Origin: Diplonema japonicum
Taxonomy: Eukaryota > Protista > Euglenozoa: Diplonemea
Direction of reading: 5' to 3'
DNA length: 64,000 nucleotides
NCBI GenBank assembly: GCA_964019335.1
Contig: OZ025743.1
Location: 124,001 to 188,000, forward strand
Positions 39,678-52,100 of this stretch are shown one piece after another. A program made the translations under genes and the position numbers. The notes below the pieces were generated by a model. It was not told the DNA's origin, did not search any database, and saw only the letters and a program-made list of their open reading frames with translations. The first letter of the stretch is position 1. The number at the start of each line of letters is the position of its first letter.

Positions 39678-42600
39678 CTAACAAGTGCACTTAGAAGGAG
39701 GACAGGGACCGCCACACCCAAACTTCTTAGCTTTCTGGCACCACGGGTCCGCCAGCTCACCAATCTTGCTGAAGATGACGAAGGATGTGGCCTCCTCGGT
39801 GGTCTCGGGAAGGACCAGAGAGGTCCCCGCATCCACCTGAACCCTGTACGACACCATCTTCTGCTCTGCCAACCCCCACTTGGGAGCGCAGGAGGCCGAC
39901 TCGAACCCAGCCAGAGGGAGCAGGGCGGGGAAGCCACCGTTCACCTTCCCCGAGCACGGAGGGCAGTGGTAGTGCGACACGATGAACTCGCAGACCTCAG
40001 TCCCGCAGCATGTGAGGGTGATGGCGGTGTCCTTGGGAATGGCAGCAGGGGTGTGCACCCTCATCTCCCTCATGTTCTCGGGGATCATCGTCAGCACCGC
40101 CTCGCTGTTGCTGAACTCCATCTCCCCGTTCACATCGTTGGCGGGAACGGCGGCGCCACCGACAATCACCTTGGCGTCGGCAGTGGTGCAGCTCACATCG
40201 TCCACCTCCTCGTCAGCGAGGATCTTGTCAACTGCGGTGCACCCTGCAGACGCGACGAGCACACGGACATTACGGGGAACAGTCCCACCACAGGTAGCCG
40301 ACACAGGACCGCAGAAGTCGTGCTCGGCACAGGCAAGGCTCCCAGCCGCCTTCGTCACAACAGTGTCGGGGGTCTCGTCGCCCCACTTGAAGGTGTAGGT
40401 CAGCTGCTCCCCATCGTTGTCCGACTTCACAAGGGTGCAGAAGGTCTCCTTCCCTGCCGTCTTGGGGTAGGGGGCAACACCGGTGTCCACAGAGGTCACC
40501 ACAGGGCGAAGGTACACAGGCTCCGAGGGGTCCATGTCCTGTGCGGTGGACCCGTCGCCGAAGTGGAAGGACCAGGTGTCGATCCCGTAGTGGAACTTCG
40601 TGGTCATCTTCATCTCCCAGTTCAGGTTCGTGGGAAGCCCTTCGATGGCACCACCGTCGGTGTTCTGGGCGAATCTCCAACGGCAACCGATGTTCCTGGT
40701 CCCAGAGGTGATCTGCTTGTGGTCGATGACACCCATTGTGCTGCTGGTGGTCCAGTCAAACTCAGAAGACCTGTCGTCCATTTCAGCAATGGTGACCCCA
40801 TCGGGGATGCCGCTGATGAGACCGTCGACAGAAGCGGAGGGCTGGTTGCCGTGGGGGTGGTCGATCCCGCTGGTCCAGAAGAAGGACAGGTGGTCGGGGT
40901 TGTTCAGGTCCCTGTACAGGAACATGTTCGAGACGCCTGCCTTCTCAAACCCGGTGTGGCTGCTCCAAGAGTTGAAGTCGTAGAACTTCTTCGCTGTCAT
41001 CGCCCTCTCCACAGCAGGGACAGTCCGGCGGTTCTTCCCGTTCTCCTGCTCCACCACGAACTGCTTCACGTTCCCCACGAAGTTGAGCGGCGCGCAGGTG
41101 CCGACCTCCTCGTCCGCAAGGATCTTGTGGACGGTGCTGCAACCGGACTTCGAGACGAACACACGCACCTTGCGGGGGGCCGTCCCACCACAGGTAGCCG
41201 ATACAGGACCGCAGAAGTCATGCGACGCACAGGTAACATGGCCAGCAGGTCCAGTCACAACGGTGTCGGGGGTCTCGTCGCCCCACTTGAAGGTGTAGGT
41301 CAGCTGCTTCTGTGTGATGGACTCCACGAGGGTGCAGAAGGTCTCGGCACCAGCCACCTGAGGGTAAGGGGCCACCCCAAGATCCACAGAGGTCACCACA
41401 GGGCGAAGGTACACAGGCTCGCTCATGTCCATGTCCTGCTGCAGGGACCCGTCGCCGAAGTGGAAGGACCAGGTGTCGATCCCCCTGATGAAGTTCGCTT
41501 GGATCTTGATCTCCCAGTTCAGGTTCGTGGGGAAGCCGTCAAGAGCACCGCCGTCGGTGTTCTGGTTGAACCACCAATGCCCGCCGATGTTCCCGCCGTT
41601 GTGGGTGATGTCCCCGAGCTTGTTGCTGCTGGTCCAGTCCCACTCGGCCGTCCTGTCGTCGCTCTGCGCAATGGTGACACCACTCGGGATCCCGGTGATG
41701 AGGGCGTCGACGTCGGACTCAGGCTGGTTCCCCTGGGGGCTGTCGATACCGTGGATCCAGAAGAAGGACAGGTGGTGGGGGTTCGTGAGGTCCCTGTACA
41801 GGAACATGTTCGAGGTCCCAGCCTTCTCAAACCCGGTGTGCGCGCTCACAGAGTTGAAGTCGTAGAACTGCTTCGCTGTCATCGCCCTCTCCACAGCAGG
41901 GACAGTCCGGCGGTTCTTCCCGTTCTCCTGCTCCACCACGAACTGCTTCACGTCCCCCACGAAGTTCAGCGGCGGGCAGGTGTCGATCTCCTCGTCCGCA
42001 AGGATCTTGTGGATGGCGCTGCAACCGGACCCCTTCGCAAACACACGCACCTTGCGGGGTGCCGTCCCACCACAGGTAGCCGACACAGGACCGCAGAAGT
42101 CGTGCTCGGCACAGGCAAGGTTTCCTTCCGTCTTCGTCACAACAGTGTCGGGGGTATCGTCGCCCCAGCTGAAGGTGAAGGTCAGCTGCTCCCCATCGTT
42201 GTCCGACTTCACAAGGGTGCAGAAGGTCTCCTTCCCTGCCGTCTTGGGGTAGGGGGCAACACCGGTGTCCACAGAGGTCACCACAGGGCGAAGGTACACA
42301 GGCTCCGAGGGGTCCATGTCCTGTGCGGTGGACCCGTCGCCGAAGTGGAAGGACCAGGTGTCGATCCCGTAGTGGAACTTCGTGGTCATCTTCATCTCCC
42401 AGTTCAGGTTCGTGGGAAGCCCTTCGATGGCACCACCGTCGGTGTTCTGGGCGAATCTCCAACGGCAACCGATGTTCCTGGTCCCAGAGGTGATCTGCTT
42501 GTGGTCGATGACACCCATTGTGCTGCTGGTGGTCCAGTCAAACTCAGAAGACCTGTCGTCCATTTCAGCAATGGTGACCCCATCGGGGATGCCGCTGATG

Positions 42601-42932
42601 AGACCGTCGACAGAAGCGGAGGGCTGGTTGCCGTGGGGGTGGTCGATCCCGCTGGTCCAGAAGAAGGACAGGTGGTCGGGGTTGTTCAGGTCCCTGTACA
42701 GGAACATGTTCGAGACGCCTGCCTTCTCAAACCCGGTGTGGCTGCTCCAAGAGTTGAAGTCGTAGAACTTCTTCGCTGTCATCGCCCTCTCCACAGCAGG
42801 GACAGTCCGGCGGTTCTTCCCGTTCTCCTGCTCCACCACGAACTGCTTCACGTTCCCCACGAAGTTGAGGGGGCATGTTTGAAGAGCAGCTGCCGTCCCG
42901 AGGGACAGCACGCACAAGAGCGCGCGCGACAT
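39678..42932 (-). CDS. Secreted modular protein, 3 modules (A-B-A) plus Cys-rich C-terminal domain
   Basis: 1084-aa ORF with a signal peptide; modules 1 and 3 are near-identical. Confidence 0.9.
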   Translation of the reverse strand: MSRALLCVLSLGTAAALQTCPLNFVGNVKQFVVEQENGKNRRTVPAVERAMTAKKFYDFNSWSSHTGFEKAGVSNMFLYRDLNNPDHLSFFWTSGIDHPHGNQPSASVDGLISGIPDGVTIAEMDDRSSEFDWTTSSTMGVIDHKQITSGTRNIGCRWRFAQNTDGGAIEGLPTNLNWEMKMTTKFHYGIDTWSFHFGDGSTAQDMDPSEPVYLRPVVTSVDTGVAPYPKTAGKETFCTLVKSDNDGEQLTFTFSWGDDTPDTVVTKTEGNLACAEHDFCGPVSATCGGTAPRKVRVFAKGSGCSAIHKILADEEIDTCPPLNFVGDVKQFVVEQENGKNRRTVPAVERAMTAKQFYDFNSVSAHTGFEKAGTSNMFLYRDLTNPHHLSFFWIHGIDSPQGNQPESDVDALITGIPSGVTIAQSDDRTAEWDWTSSNKLGDITHNGGNIGGHWWFNQNTDGGALDGFPTNLNWEIKIQANFIRGIDTWSFHFGDGSLQQDMDMSEPVYLRPVVTSVDLGVAPYPQVAGAETFCTLVESITQKQLTYTFKWGDETPDTVVTGPAGHVTCASHDFCGPVSATCGGTAPRKVRVFVSKSGCSTVHKILADEEVGTCAPLNFVGNVKQFVVEQENGKNRRTVPAVERAMTAKKFYDFNSWSSHTGFEKAGVSNMFLYRDLNNPDHLSFFWTSGIDHPHGNQPSASVDGLISGIPDGVTIAEMDDRSSEFDWTTSSTMGVIDHKQITSGTRNIGCRWRFAQNTDGGAIEGLPTNLNWEMKMTTKFHYGIDTWSFHFGDGSTAQDMDPSEPVYLRPVVTSVDTGVAPYPKTAGKETFCTLVKSDNDGEQLTYTFKWGDETPDTVVTKAAGSLACAEHDFCGPVSATCGGTVPRNVRVLVASAGCTAVDKILADEEVDDVSCTTADAKVIVGGAAVPANDVNGEMEFSNSEAVLTMIPENMREMRVHTPAAIPKDTAITLTCCGTEVCEFIVSHYHCPPCSGKVNGGFPALLPLAGFESASCAPKWGLAEQKMVSYRVQVDAGTSLVLPETTEEATSFVIFSKIGELADPWCQKAKKFGCGGPCPPSKCTC

Positions 42933-43622
42933 TTCTTTTTTTAGTAAAAAAAAAAAAAAAAAACGGAAACCTGCGAGGACGTGTCATACGGAAAGCTGGT
43001 GGTATAAGGAAAGAATCCCTTCGTTAGTGACATGTGAGCACAGAAGAAGTAACGTCCGACGTGATGCCACCAGAGGGATAAGCAAGGAGAAGCCCAGTTC
43101 AACAGAGTCGAGTCAGGCAGACTCAGAGGGCGAAGATGAAATACCACGCAGGTATAGAACTGCAAACTCAATGCAAAACAAAAAGAGCGAGAAAATGGGG
43201 GGAGGGGGGAAATAGTGTAAACTGGGGGGGGGGGGGGGATATCAAAAAAAGAGAGGGAAATAATGTAGTGTAGCAGGAAGGGAACGAAAAGAAAAAAAGA
43301 AAAAAGAGAGAGGGGCGGTTTGTAGGTAGAAGCAAAGTGCTCATAACGCGAGTATTATATACATGGGCTTTTTGCAAACAATTCTGTAAACGGAAAAAAA
43401 AAAAAAAAAAAAAAAAAAAAACAAAAACAAATAGCAAAAAAAAAAGTAAATAGACCGGTGGTTCGATAAAGGTGGCTTCTTAGTTAGCTACCAAATGAAG
43501 AAGAAAAAAAGCAAGAAATATGGGGGAGGAGAGCGAAGGGTTTTTGTACAATAATTGTGACTGCGGTCTGACTATCTTCCTTTTTTTTTGTTTTGTTTTT
43601 GTTCCTATTATTATTCTACTCC

Positions 43623-46001
43623 CTACTTCTCACACGTGCAGACGGTAGGGGGGCAGGGACCGCCACACCCACTCCTAGTCGGCTTCGGGCACCAAGGATC
43701 ATCCAGCTCACCAAACTTGCTGAAGATGACGAAGGAGGAGGCCTCCTCGGTGGTCTCGGGAAGGACCAGAGAGGCCCCCGCATCCAATCGAATCCTGTAC
43801 GACACCATCCTCTGCTCTGTCGATCCCCACCTGGGAGCGCAGGAGGCCGACTCGAACCCAGACAGAGGGAGCAGAGCGGGGAAGCCACCGTTCTCCTTCT
43901 TCGAGCACGGAGGGCAGTGGTAGTGCGACACGATGAACTCGCAGTTCTTGCTCCCGCAGCATGTGAGGGTCATGGCGGTGCCCTTCGGTATGGTCCCAGG
44001 GGTGTGAACCTGCATGTCCCTCATGTTCTCGGGGATCCTCGTCAGCACCGCGTTGTTGTTGCTGAAGTCCATCCCGTTCACGTTGTGCCCAGTAAGAAGG
44101 TTCTTGTCGATGCTCACCTTCACGCCCTCGTGGTTCCCGCAGGTCACATCGTCCACCCTCTCATCCGCAAGCAGCCACCCGACTTCGTTGCAGCCCGTCT
44201 TCTTCACGAACACACGAACCTTGCGGGGCACCGTTCCACCACAGGTCGCCGAGGCGACTCCACAGAAGTTGTGCGACGCACAGGTAACATGGCCAGCAGG
44301 TCCAGTCACAACAGTGTCGGGGGTGTTGTCGCCCCACTTGAAGGTGTAGGTCAGCTGCTGCTGTGTGATGGACTCCACGAGGGTGCAGAAGGTCTCAGGA
44401 CCGGCCACCTGAGGGTAAGGAGCCACCCCAAGATCCACAGAGGTCACCACAGGGCGAAGGTACACAGGCTCGCTCATGTCCATGTCCTGCTGCAGGGACC
44501 CGTCGCCGAAGTGGAAGGACCAGGTGTCGATCCCCCTGATGAAGTTCGCTTGGATCTTGATCTCCCAGTTCAGGTTCGTGGGGAAGCCGTCAAGAGCACC
44601 ACCGTCGGTGTTCTGGTGGAACCACCAGTGCCCTCCCACGCTCAATGGTGGCGAGGCCGCCTTCTGGTGGTTGATGACACCCACTGTGTTACTGGTGGTC
44701 CAGTCCCACTCGGCCGTCCTGTCGTCGCTCTGCGCAATGGAGACACCTCCCGGGATCCCAGTGATGAGGGCGTCAACGTCGGACACTGGCTGGCTGCCCG
44801 GGGGGCTGTCGATACCGTGGATCCAGAAGAAGGACAGGTGCGTGGGGTTCGTGAGGTCCCTGTACAGGAACATGTTCGAGGTCTTAGCCTTCTCAAACCC
44901 GGTGTGCGCGCTCACAGAGCGGAAGTCGTAGAACTGCTTCGCTGTCATCGCCTGCTCCACAGCAGGGACAGTCCGGCGGTTCTTCCCGTTCTCCTGCTCC
45001 ACCACGAACTGCTTCACGTCCCCCACGAAGTTCAGCGGCGGGCAGGTGTCGATCTCCTCATCTGCAAGGATCTTGTGAACTGGGGTGCAACCGGACCCCT
45101 TCGCAAACACACGCACCTTGCGGGGGGCCGTCCCACCACAGGTAGCCGACACAGGACCGCAGAAGTCGTGCTCGGCACAGGCAAGGTTTCCTTCCGTCTT
45201 CGTCACAACAGTGTCGGGGGTATCATCGCCCCAGCTGAAGGTGAAGGTCAGCTGCTCCCCATCGATGTCCGACTTCACAAGGGTGCAGAAGGTCTCCTTC
45301 CCTGGTGTTTGGGGGTAGGGGGCAACACCGGTGTCCACAGAGGTCAACACAGGGCGAAGGTACACAGGCTCCGAGGGGTCCATGTCCTGTGCCACAGACC
45401 CGTCGCCGAAGTGGAACTGCCACGTGTCGATTCCGTAGTTGAACCTTGTCTGCACCTTCAGCTCCCAGTTCAGGTTCGTGGGAAGCCCTTCGATGGCACC
45501 ACCGTCGGTGTTCTTGGCGAATCTCCAACGGCCACCGACGTTGAACGGGGCTCCGATCCCCTTGTTGTGGTTGATGCTGCCGAGAGAGGAGCTGGTGGTC
45601 CAGTCCCACTCAGCGGCCCTGTCGTCTCTCTCGGCGATGGTGACCCCATCAGGGACACCAGACACAAGACCATCGACAGAAGCGGAGGGCTGGTTGCCGT
45701 GGGGGTGGTCGATACCATGGGTCCAGAAGAAGGACAGGTGCGTGGGGTTGTTCAGGTCCCTGTACAGGAACATGTTGGAGACGCGTGCCTTCTCAAACCC
45801 GGTGTGGCTGCTCCAAGAGTTGAAGTCGTAGAACTCTTTCGGGGTTTTATTGCTCTCCACGGCCGGTACCTTGCGGCGGTTCTTCCCGTTCTCCTGCTCC
45901 ACCACGAACTGCTTCACGGTCCCCACGAAGGTGAGGGGGCATGTTTGGACAGCAGCTGCCGTCCCGAGGGACAGCAAGATGCACGCGAAAGCACGCGACA
46001 T
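43623..46001 (-). CDS. Secreted modular protein, 2 modules plus a variant C-terminal domain
   Basis: Start MSRAFACILLSLG at 46001; same architecture as the other family members. Confidence 0.88.
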   Translation of the reverse strand: MSRAFACILLSLGTAAAVQTCPLTFVGTVKQFVVEQENGKNRRKVPAVESNKTPKEFYDFNSWSSHTGFEKARVSNMFLYRDLNNPTHLSFFWTHGIDHPHGNQPSASVDGLVSGVPDGVTIAERDDRAAEWDWTTSSSLGSINHNKGIGAPFNVGGRWRFAKNTDGGAIEGLPTNLNWELKVQTRFNYGIDTWQFHFGDGSVAQDMDPSEPVYLRPVLTSVDTGVAPYPQTPGKETFCTLVKSDIDGEQLTFTFSWGDDTPDTVVTKTEGNLACAEHDFCGPVSATCGGTAPRKVRVFAKGSGCTPVHKILADEEIDTCPPLNFVGDVKQFVVEQENGKNRRTVPAVEQAMTAKQFYDFRSVSAHTGFEKAKTSNMFLYRDLTNPTHLSFFWIHGIDSPPGSQPVSDVDALITGIPGGVSIAQSDDRTAEWDWTTSNTVGVINHQKAASPPLSVGGHWWFHQNTDGGALDGFPTNLNWEIKIQANFIRGIDTWSFHFGDGSLQQDMDMSEPVYLRPVVTSVDLGVAPYPQVAGPETFCTLVESITQQQLTYTFKWGDNTPDTVVTGPAGHVTCASHNFCGVASATCGGTVPRKVRVFVKKTGCNEVGWLLADERVDDVTCGNHEGVKVSIDKNLLTGHNVNGMDFSNNNAVLTRIPENMRDMQVHTPGTIPKGTAMTLTCCGSKNCEFIVSHYHCPPCSKKENGGFPALLPLSGFESASCAPRWGSTEQRMVSYRIRLDAGASLVLPETTEEASSFVIFSKFGELDDPWCPKPTRSGCGGPCPPTVCTCEK

Positions 46002-46425
46002 ATTGAGGTAGGTAAACCTTTGATAATGGTGTGGGAGAAGAAAAAAAGAAACATTGACCCATAACACTCGGGGTGTATCTACCGAGGGGTCCCTTTTTTG
46101 TTCCTTTCATAATTTGAGGGGGGAAATGGCAGCATTTAACCCCCGTTGCAGGTAAAACGGGTTTTTTGGACCAGGAAAATTTAAAAGAAAAGTTCAAAAA
46201 TTTATAAAAATACAAAGAGTTGAATGGCCGTAGGGTGCTCAAAAACGACCATGTCAATGGGTTGTGCACAGGGGGGGGGGGGGGGGGGGGGGGTGGTGGT
46301 GGTGCAGATTGAGCATCTTGGGGGAAAAAAAAAGGCAGCATCAGGACCCCTCAAATTTCTCAGACCGAGAGAAGTGCTGTGAAAACGCGAAAGATAACCC
46401 GTGCTCGTGAAGTTTACCATATCTT

Positions 46426-46710
46426 TTACGCTTGAGAGTAAACAGTAGACCCGAAGCCCCAATTGCCCCGTGACGGTACGAGTGTCTCGTCAATGCTTAA
46501 ATATTTTCCTGGCACTGCTGCTTTTGCCCACTTGTCACCAATTCTGTCCAGAAACCCTCGTATCTTCCACAACACATCACCGTTTGACCCTTTTGTGTGA
46601 GTGAAGTGGAGGCTACTTTTAATTTCCTGGTAGCGTTTCCTGGGCATCGTGTTACTGAAAAGGGAGATTTTCATGGGTCCTGCACGCCGTAAACCCATCG
46701 CAACGCTCAA
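46426..46710 (-). pseudogene. piggyBac transposase fragment
   Basis: MPRKRYQEIKSSLHF...DVLWKIRGFLD...VPGKYLSIDETLVPSRG, which includes the first catalytic Asp motif. Confidence 0.82.
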
Positions 46711-47467
46711 TCCGAGTAAGCGGCGGAGTCCTGGGTCGAAATTTTATCAATCTCAGCGTCCTTTTGCTTGTTTGTCACTTCTTGGATGACGTCTGTGAGC
46801 TTCTGATCAAAAAACCGAAAGGGATAACCATTTTGCGTCGTCACAGCTTTTTTTTTTTCTCCCCCACCGGCCTATTTTATGTGTCTCTATGTACCAACTC
46901 CCTTACCCATGAAGGTTAGGACCTCGTCCGTAGCTGTTTTGACTATACCTTTGCGCTATCTACTCGGATTTGGGACCCACTTGGTGGGTAGATAGCAAGG
47001 TAAAGTGATGCAGCGCAGCATGAAATGGCAGTTGAAAATACCGGTTTCGCTGGTGTTCTGGTTGTGGTTGCTGTTGGGGAAACACAGAAGGCGGACGATG
47101 ACTGGGGTGAACGGTTTTTTTTTTTTTGGATTGGGATGAGGGCTACGACCTGTATAACAGCCCTTGCTCAAACTCTTGAAATGGGCATCTACGGACACGA
47201 GCACGGTTGCAGCTGATTCTCGTTCGTGTGGGATGAAGCAAAAAATAAAAAATAAAAAAATCAATCAAAAAAAAAAAAGGAGAAAGAAAAAAAAAAAAGA
47301 AAGAAAGAGGGAAGAGGATGGAAAATAGGGAAACAATTAAAATCTTTTTTTCATGTTCACGATGGACCAGGGGTTTAAAAGCACCACATTTGCCAGGGTA
47401 GACAAAAAATATATATATATAAAAAAAAGACTTCTTTTTTCCCCATTGAATAAAGAAGAAGAACAAT

Positions 47468-48042
47468 AATAACTATTTATTGCCAACAAATAATGAGTCA
47501 TTATTTAACTCGAGTTCCCGAATTTTTTGCACGAGGGCCCGCAGGGCCCGAGTGCAAAAAAACGGGTAACGAGTGTTAAATAATGGCTCATTTGGCGGCA
47601 AGTAAGTCGTTTTATTTCACTTTTCGTCATTTGAGTCACTCACTCTTCGCTGCTTTCACTGCTGTTTTTTTTCACGCAGGTCAGCTTTTTGGGGATTTTC
47701 CTAAGGTAATACAGGGTAGCTATTTCGCCGTGGCATTTAAAGGGGAAGTAAGGCACTTATTCCCACTTTTAAGGGCTGGAATGGCCTCAGATGGCCAAAA
47801 ATAGTCAAAATACCCCCACCCCAAAAAAAATTTTCAAGGGGTTGGGTGCATTTTTTTCCACGACAAGACCCATTTTTTCACTCTGAAGGGCCATTATTTA
47901 ACTGCAAAATCTCATTATTTAACTAGTTAAATAATGGCGATTTCGCGTTAAATAATGGCCGTTTCGCGTTAAATAATGGCCATTTCGCGTTAAATAATGA
48001 GGCCCCTAGTGAGTGAAGAAAATGACGAAGAGTGAAATAAAA
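47468..48042. repeat. Third copy of the hairpin/21-bp-unit repeat (within the duplication)
   Basis: Matches 37998-38572. Confidence 0.85.
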
Positions 48043-48938
48043 CAAATGAAAGATAGGGATGAAAATGGAGAAAACAAACCATTCACTCTGTTTTGTAGAG
48101 CCACTAGATATCTTTCGTGCAAAAACTTTCATTTCTTTCAAATTTCTTTTTTTTAAAAAAAAAAAAAGACCTTCGCGGAAAAGGAAGTTGGAACGCACGA
48201 TTAAAAATTCTTTGCAGCAAAGACAATTATCAAAGTATAAATGTTTATAAACTCCAAAAAACAAAACAAAAAAAAAAAACAAGAAAAAAAAAAGGGACCG
48301 CGTGTGTTCTTTGGTCCTGAGAGGGAAGGCAAATGGAGAGAGTAAAATATTTTTAACACACAGAAAAGGCGGATTCTCATAAATATCTTTGGGGGATGGG
48401 TGGGGGGGATTTTCTTCCCCTTCTTCTTCGCTTTTACGCTCCTCATTTCATTCCCAGAGTCAAAAACACCTAGTTCAGCAATAAATAAAAGTGAAAGAAA
48501 ATGAAACGAGGAGGGAGGGGGGGGGGGGGGGGGGCGGGAAGAAGAAGAAGAAAGAGAGAAAGGTTCCTGTAATTCTCTTAGTGCCACCTAGCGATCCAAA
48601 AGATCAGTATTCTCTTTTTTATCGAAAAACCATTGTTTTGATTTGTCCATAAATCAACCCCCGGAAAAAAACACGGGAGCCGAATTGTTCTTCTTTTTTT
48701 TTTCTCTTTTTTTTTTTCTCCATTCATTCTGGATAAGGTTAAGAGGATTTACAGTATTCTTTTTTCTTTTTTCCTATTTCTTGTTTATGTGTCACTAATA
48801 TTCCTGATCCCTACTTAACCCCTTCAGATGCTGCCTTCGCACACGATGCATTTGATAGGGGGGAGTGGGCAGAGACCTTCTTCGCTTTCTTACATATCCT
48901 GCAACAGAATAGAGAATCCCTTTCTGTTCAGACACCCT

Positions 48939-48974
<36 letters not shown>

Positions 48975-49147
48975 ACCAATCTATGGAGAGCAATTAAAAA
49001 AAAAAAAAATGTCTTTGAAGGGAACCTGCAGTATGTGACAGGATCGCCTAAAAAAGAAAGAGAGAGAGAGAGGTAAAAATAATACAAACCAATCACTTTG
49101 TCTTCTTTTTTGTTTATTTTCTCTTTTTTCTCTTCTTTTTGTAGCCC

Positions 49148-52100
49148 CTAACAAGTGCACTTAGAAGGAGGACAGGGACCGCCACACCCAAACTTCTTAG
49201 CTTTCTGGCACCACGGGTCCGCCAGCTCACCAATCTTGCTGAAGATGACGAAGGATGTGGCCTCCTCGGTGGTCTCGGGAAGGACCAGAGAGGTCCCCGC
49301 ATCCACCTGAACCCTGTACGACACCATCTTCTGCTCTGCCAACCCCCACTTGGGAGCGCAGGAGGCCGACTCGAACCCAGCCAGAGGGAGCAGGGCGGGG
49401 AAGCCACCGTTCACCTTCCCCGAGCACGGAGGGCAGTGGTAGTGCGACACGATGAACTCGCAGACCTCAGTCCCGCAGCATGTGAGGGTGATGGCGGTGT
49501 CCTTGGGAATGGCAGCAGGGGTGTGCACCCTCATCTCCCTCATGTTCTCGGGGATCATCGTCAGCACCGCCTCGCTGTTGCTGAACTCCATCTCCCCGTT
49601 CACATCGTTGGCGGGAACGGCGGCGCCACCGACAATCACCTTGGCGTCGGCAGTGGTGCAGCTCACATCGTCCACCTCCTCGTCAGCGAGGATCTTGTCA
49701 ACTGCGGTGCACCCTGCAGACGCGACGAGCACACGGACATTACGGGGAACAGTCCCACCACAGGTAGCCGACACAGGACCGCAGAAGTCGTGCTCGGCAC
49801 AGGCAAGGCTCCCAGCCGCCTTCGTCACAACAGTGTCGGGGGTCTCGTCGCCCCACTTGAAGGTGTAGGTCAGCTGCTCCCCATCGTTGTCCGACTTCAC
49901 AAGGGTGCAGAAGGTCTCCTTCCCTGCCGTCTTGGGGTAGGGGGCAACACCGGTGTCCACAGAGGTCACCACAGGGCGAAGGTACACAGGCTCCGAGGGG
50001 TCCATGTCCTGTGCGGTGGACCCGTCGCCGAAGTGGAAGGACCAGGTGTCGATCCCGTAGTGGAACTTCGTGGTCATCTTCATCTCCCAGTTCAGGTTCG
50101 TGGGAAGCCCTTCGATGGCACCACCGTCGGTGTTCTGGGCGAATCTCCAACGGCAACCGATGTTCCTGGTCCCAGAGGTGATCTGCTTGTGGTCGATGAC
50201 ACCCATTGTGCTGCTGGTGGTCCAGTCAAACTCAGAAGACCTGTCGTCCATTTCAGCAATGGTGACCCCATCGGGGATGCCGCTGATGAGACCGTCGACA
50301 GAAGCGGAGGGCTGGTTGCCGTGGGGGTGGTCGATCCCGCTGGTCCAGAAGAAGGACAGGTGGTCGGGGTTGTTCAGGTCCCTGTACAGGAACATGTTCG
50401 AGACGCCTGCCTTCTCAAACCCGGTGTGGCTGCTCCAAGAGTTGAAGTCGTAGAACTTCTTCGCTGTCATCGCCCTCTCCACAGCAGGGACAGTCCGGCG
50501 GTTCTTCCCGTTCTCCTGCTCCACCACGAACTGCTTCACGTTCCCCACGAAGTTGAGCGGCGCGCAGGTGCCGACCTCCTCGTCCGCAAGGATCTTGTGG
50601 ACGGTGCTGCAACCGGACTTCGAGACGAACACACGCACCTTGCGGGGGGCCGTCCCACCACAGGTAGCCGATACAGGACCGCAGAAGTCATGCGACGCAC
50701 AGGTAACATGGCCAGCAGGTCCAGTCACAACGGTGTCGGGGGTCTCGTCGCCCCACTTGAAGGTGTAGGTCAGCTGCTTCTGTGTGATGGACTCCACGAG
50801 GGTGCAGAAGGTCTCGGCACCAGCCACCTGAGGGTAAGGGGCCACCCCAAGATCCACAGAGGTCACCACAGGGCGAAGGTACACAGGCTCGCTCATGTCC
50901 ATGTCCTGCTGCAGGGACCCGTCGCCGAAGTGGAAGGACCAGGTGTCGATCCCCCTGATGAAGTTCGCTTGGATCTTGATCTCCCAGTTCAGGTTCGTGG
51001 GGAAGCCGTCAAGAGCACCGCCGTCGGTGTTCTGGTTGAACCACCAATGCCCGCCGATGTTCCCGCCGTTGTGGGTGATGTCCCCGAGCTTGTTGCTGCT
51101 GGTCCAGTCCCACTCGGCCGTCCTGTCGTCGCTCTGCGCAATGGTGACACCACTCGGGATCCCGGTGATGAGGGCGTCGACGTCGGACTCAGGCTGGTTC
51201 CCCTGGGGGCTGTCGATACCGTGGATCCAGAAGAAGGACAGGTGGTGGGGGTTCGTGAGGTCCCTGTACAGGAACATGTTCGAGGTCCCAGCCTTCTCAA
51301 ACCCGGTGTGCGCGCTCACAGAGTTGAAGTCGTAGAACTGCTTCGCTGTCATCGCCCTCTCCACAGCAGGGACAGTCCGGCGGTTCTTCCCGTTCTCCTG
51401 CTCCACCACGAACTGCTTCACGTCCCCCACGAAGTTCAGCGGCGGGCAGGTGTCGATCTCCTCGTCCGCAAGGATCTTGTGGATGGCGCTGCAACCGGAC
51501 CCCTTCGCAAACACACGCACCTTGCGGGGTGCCGTCCCACCACAGGTAGCCGACACAGGACCGCAGAAGTCGTGCTCGGCACAGGCAAGGTTTCCTTCCG
51601 TCTTCGTCACAACAGTGTCGGGGGTATCGTCGCCCCAGCTGAAGGTGAAGGTCAGCTGCTCCCCATCGTTGTCCGACTTCACAAGGGTGCAGAAGGTCTC
51701 CTTCCCTGCCGTCTTGGGGTAGGGGGCAACACCGGTGTCCACAGAGGTCACCACAGGGCGAAGGTACACAGGCTCCGAGGGGTCCATGTCCTGTGCGGTG
51801 GACCCGTCGCCGAAGTGGAAGGACCAGGTGTCGATCCCGTAGTGGAACTTCGTGGTCATCTTCATCTCCCAGTTCAGGTTCGTGGGAAGCCCTTCGATGG
51901 CACCACCGTCGGTGTTCTGGGCGAATCTCCAACGGCAACCGATGTTCCTGGTCCCAGAGGTGATCTGCTTGTGGTCGATGACACCCATTGTGCTGCTGGT
52001 GGTCCAGTCAAACTCAGAAGACCTGTCGTCCATTTCAGCAATGGTGACCCCATCGGGGATGCCGCTGATGAGACCGTCGACAGAAGCGGAGGGCTGGTTG

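Noticed and set aside
39966-42944. Long plus-strand ORFs (992 aa, 823 aa, 629 aa and others) opposite the module genes
   Set aside because: Antisense shadows caused by high GC3 codon bias, with no recognisable domains.
46136-47380. Complete piggyBac element bounded by TTAA
   Set aside because: TTAA-CCC at 46136 has no matching inverted end that I could find.
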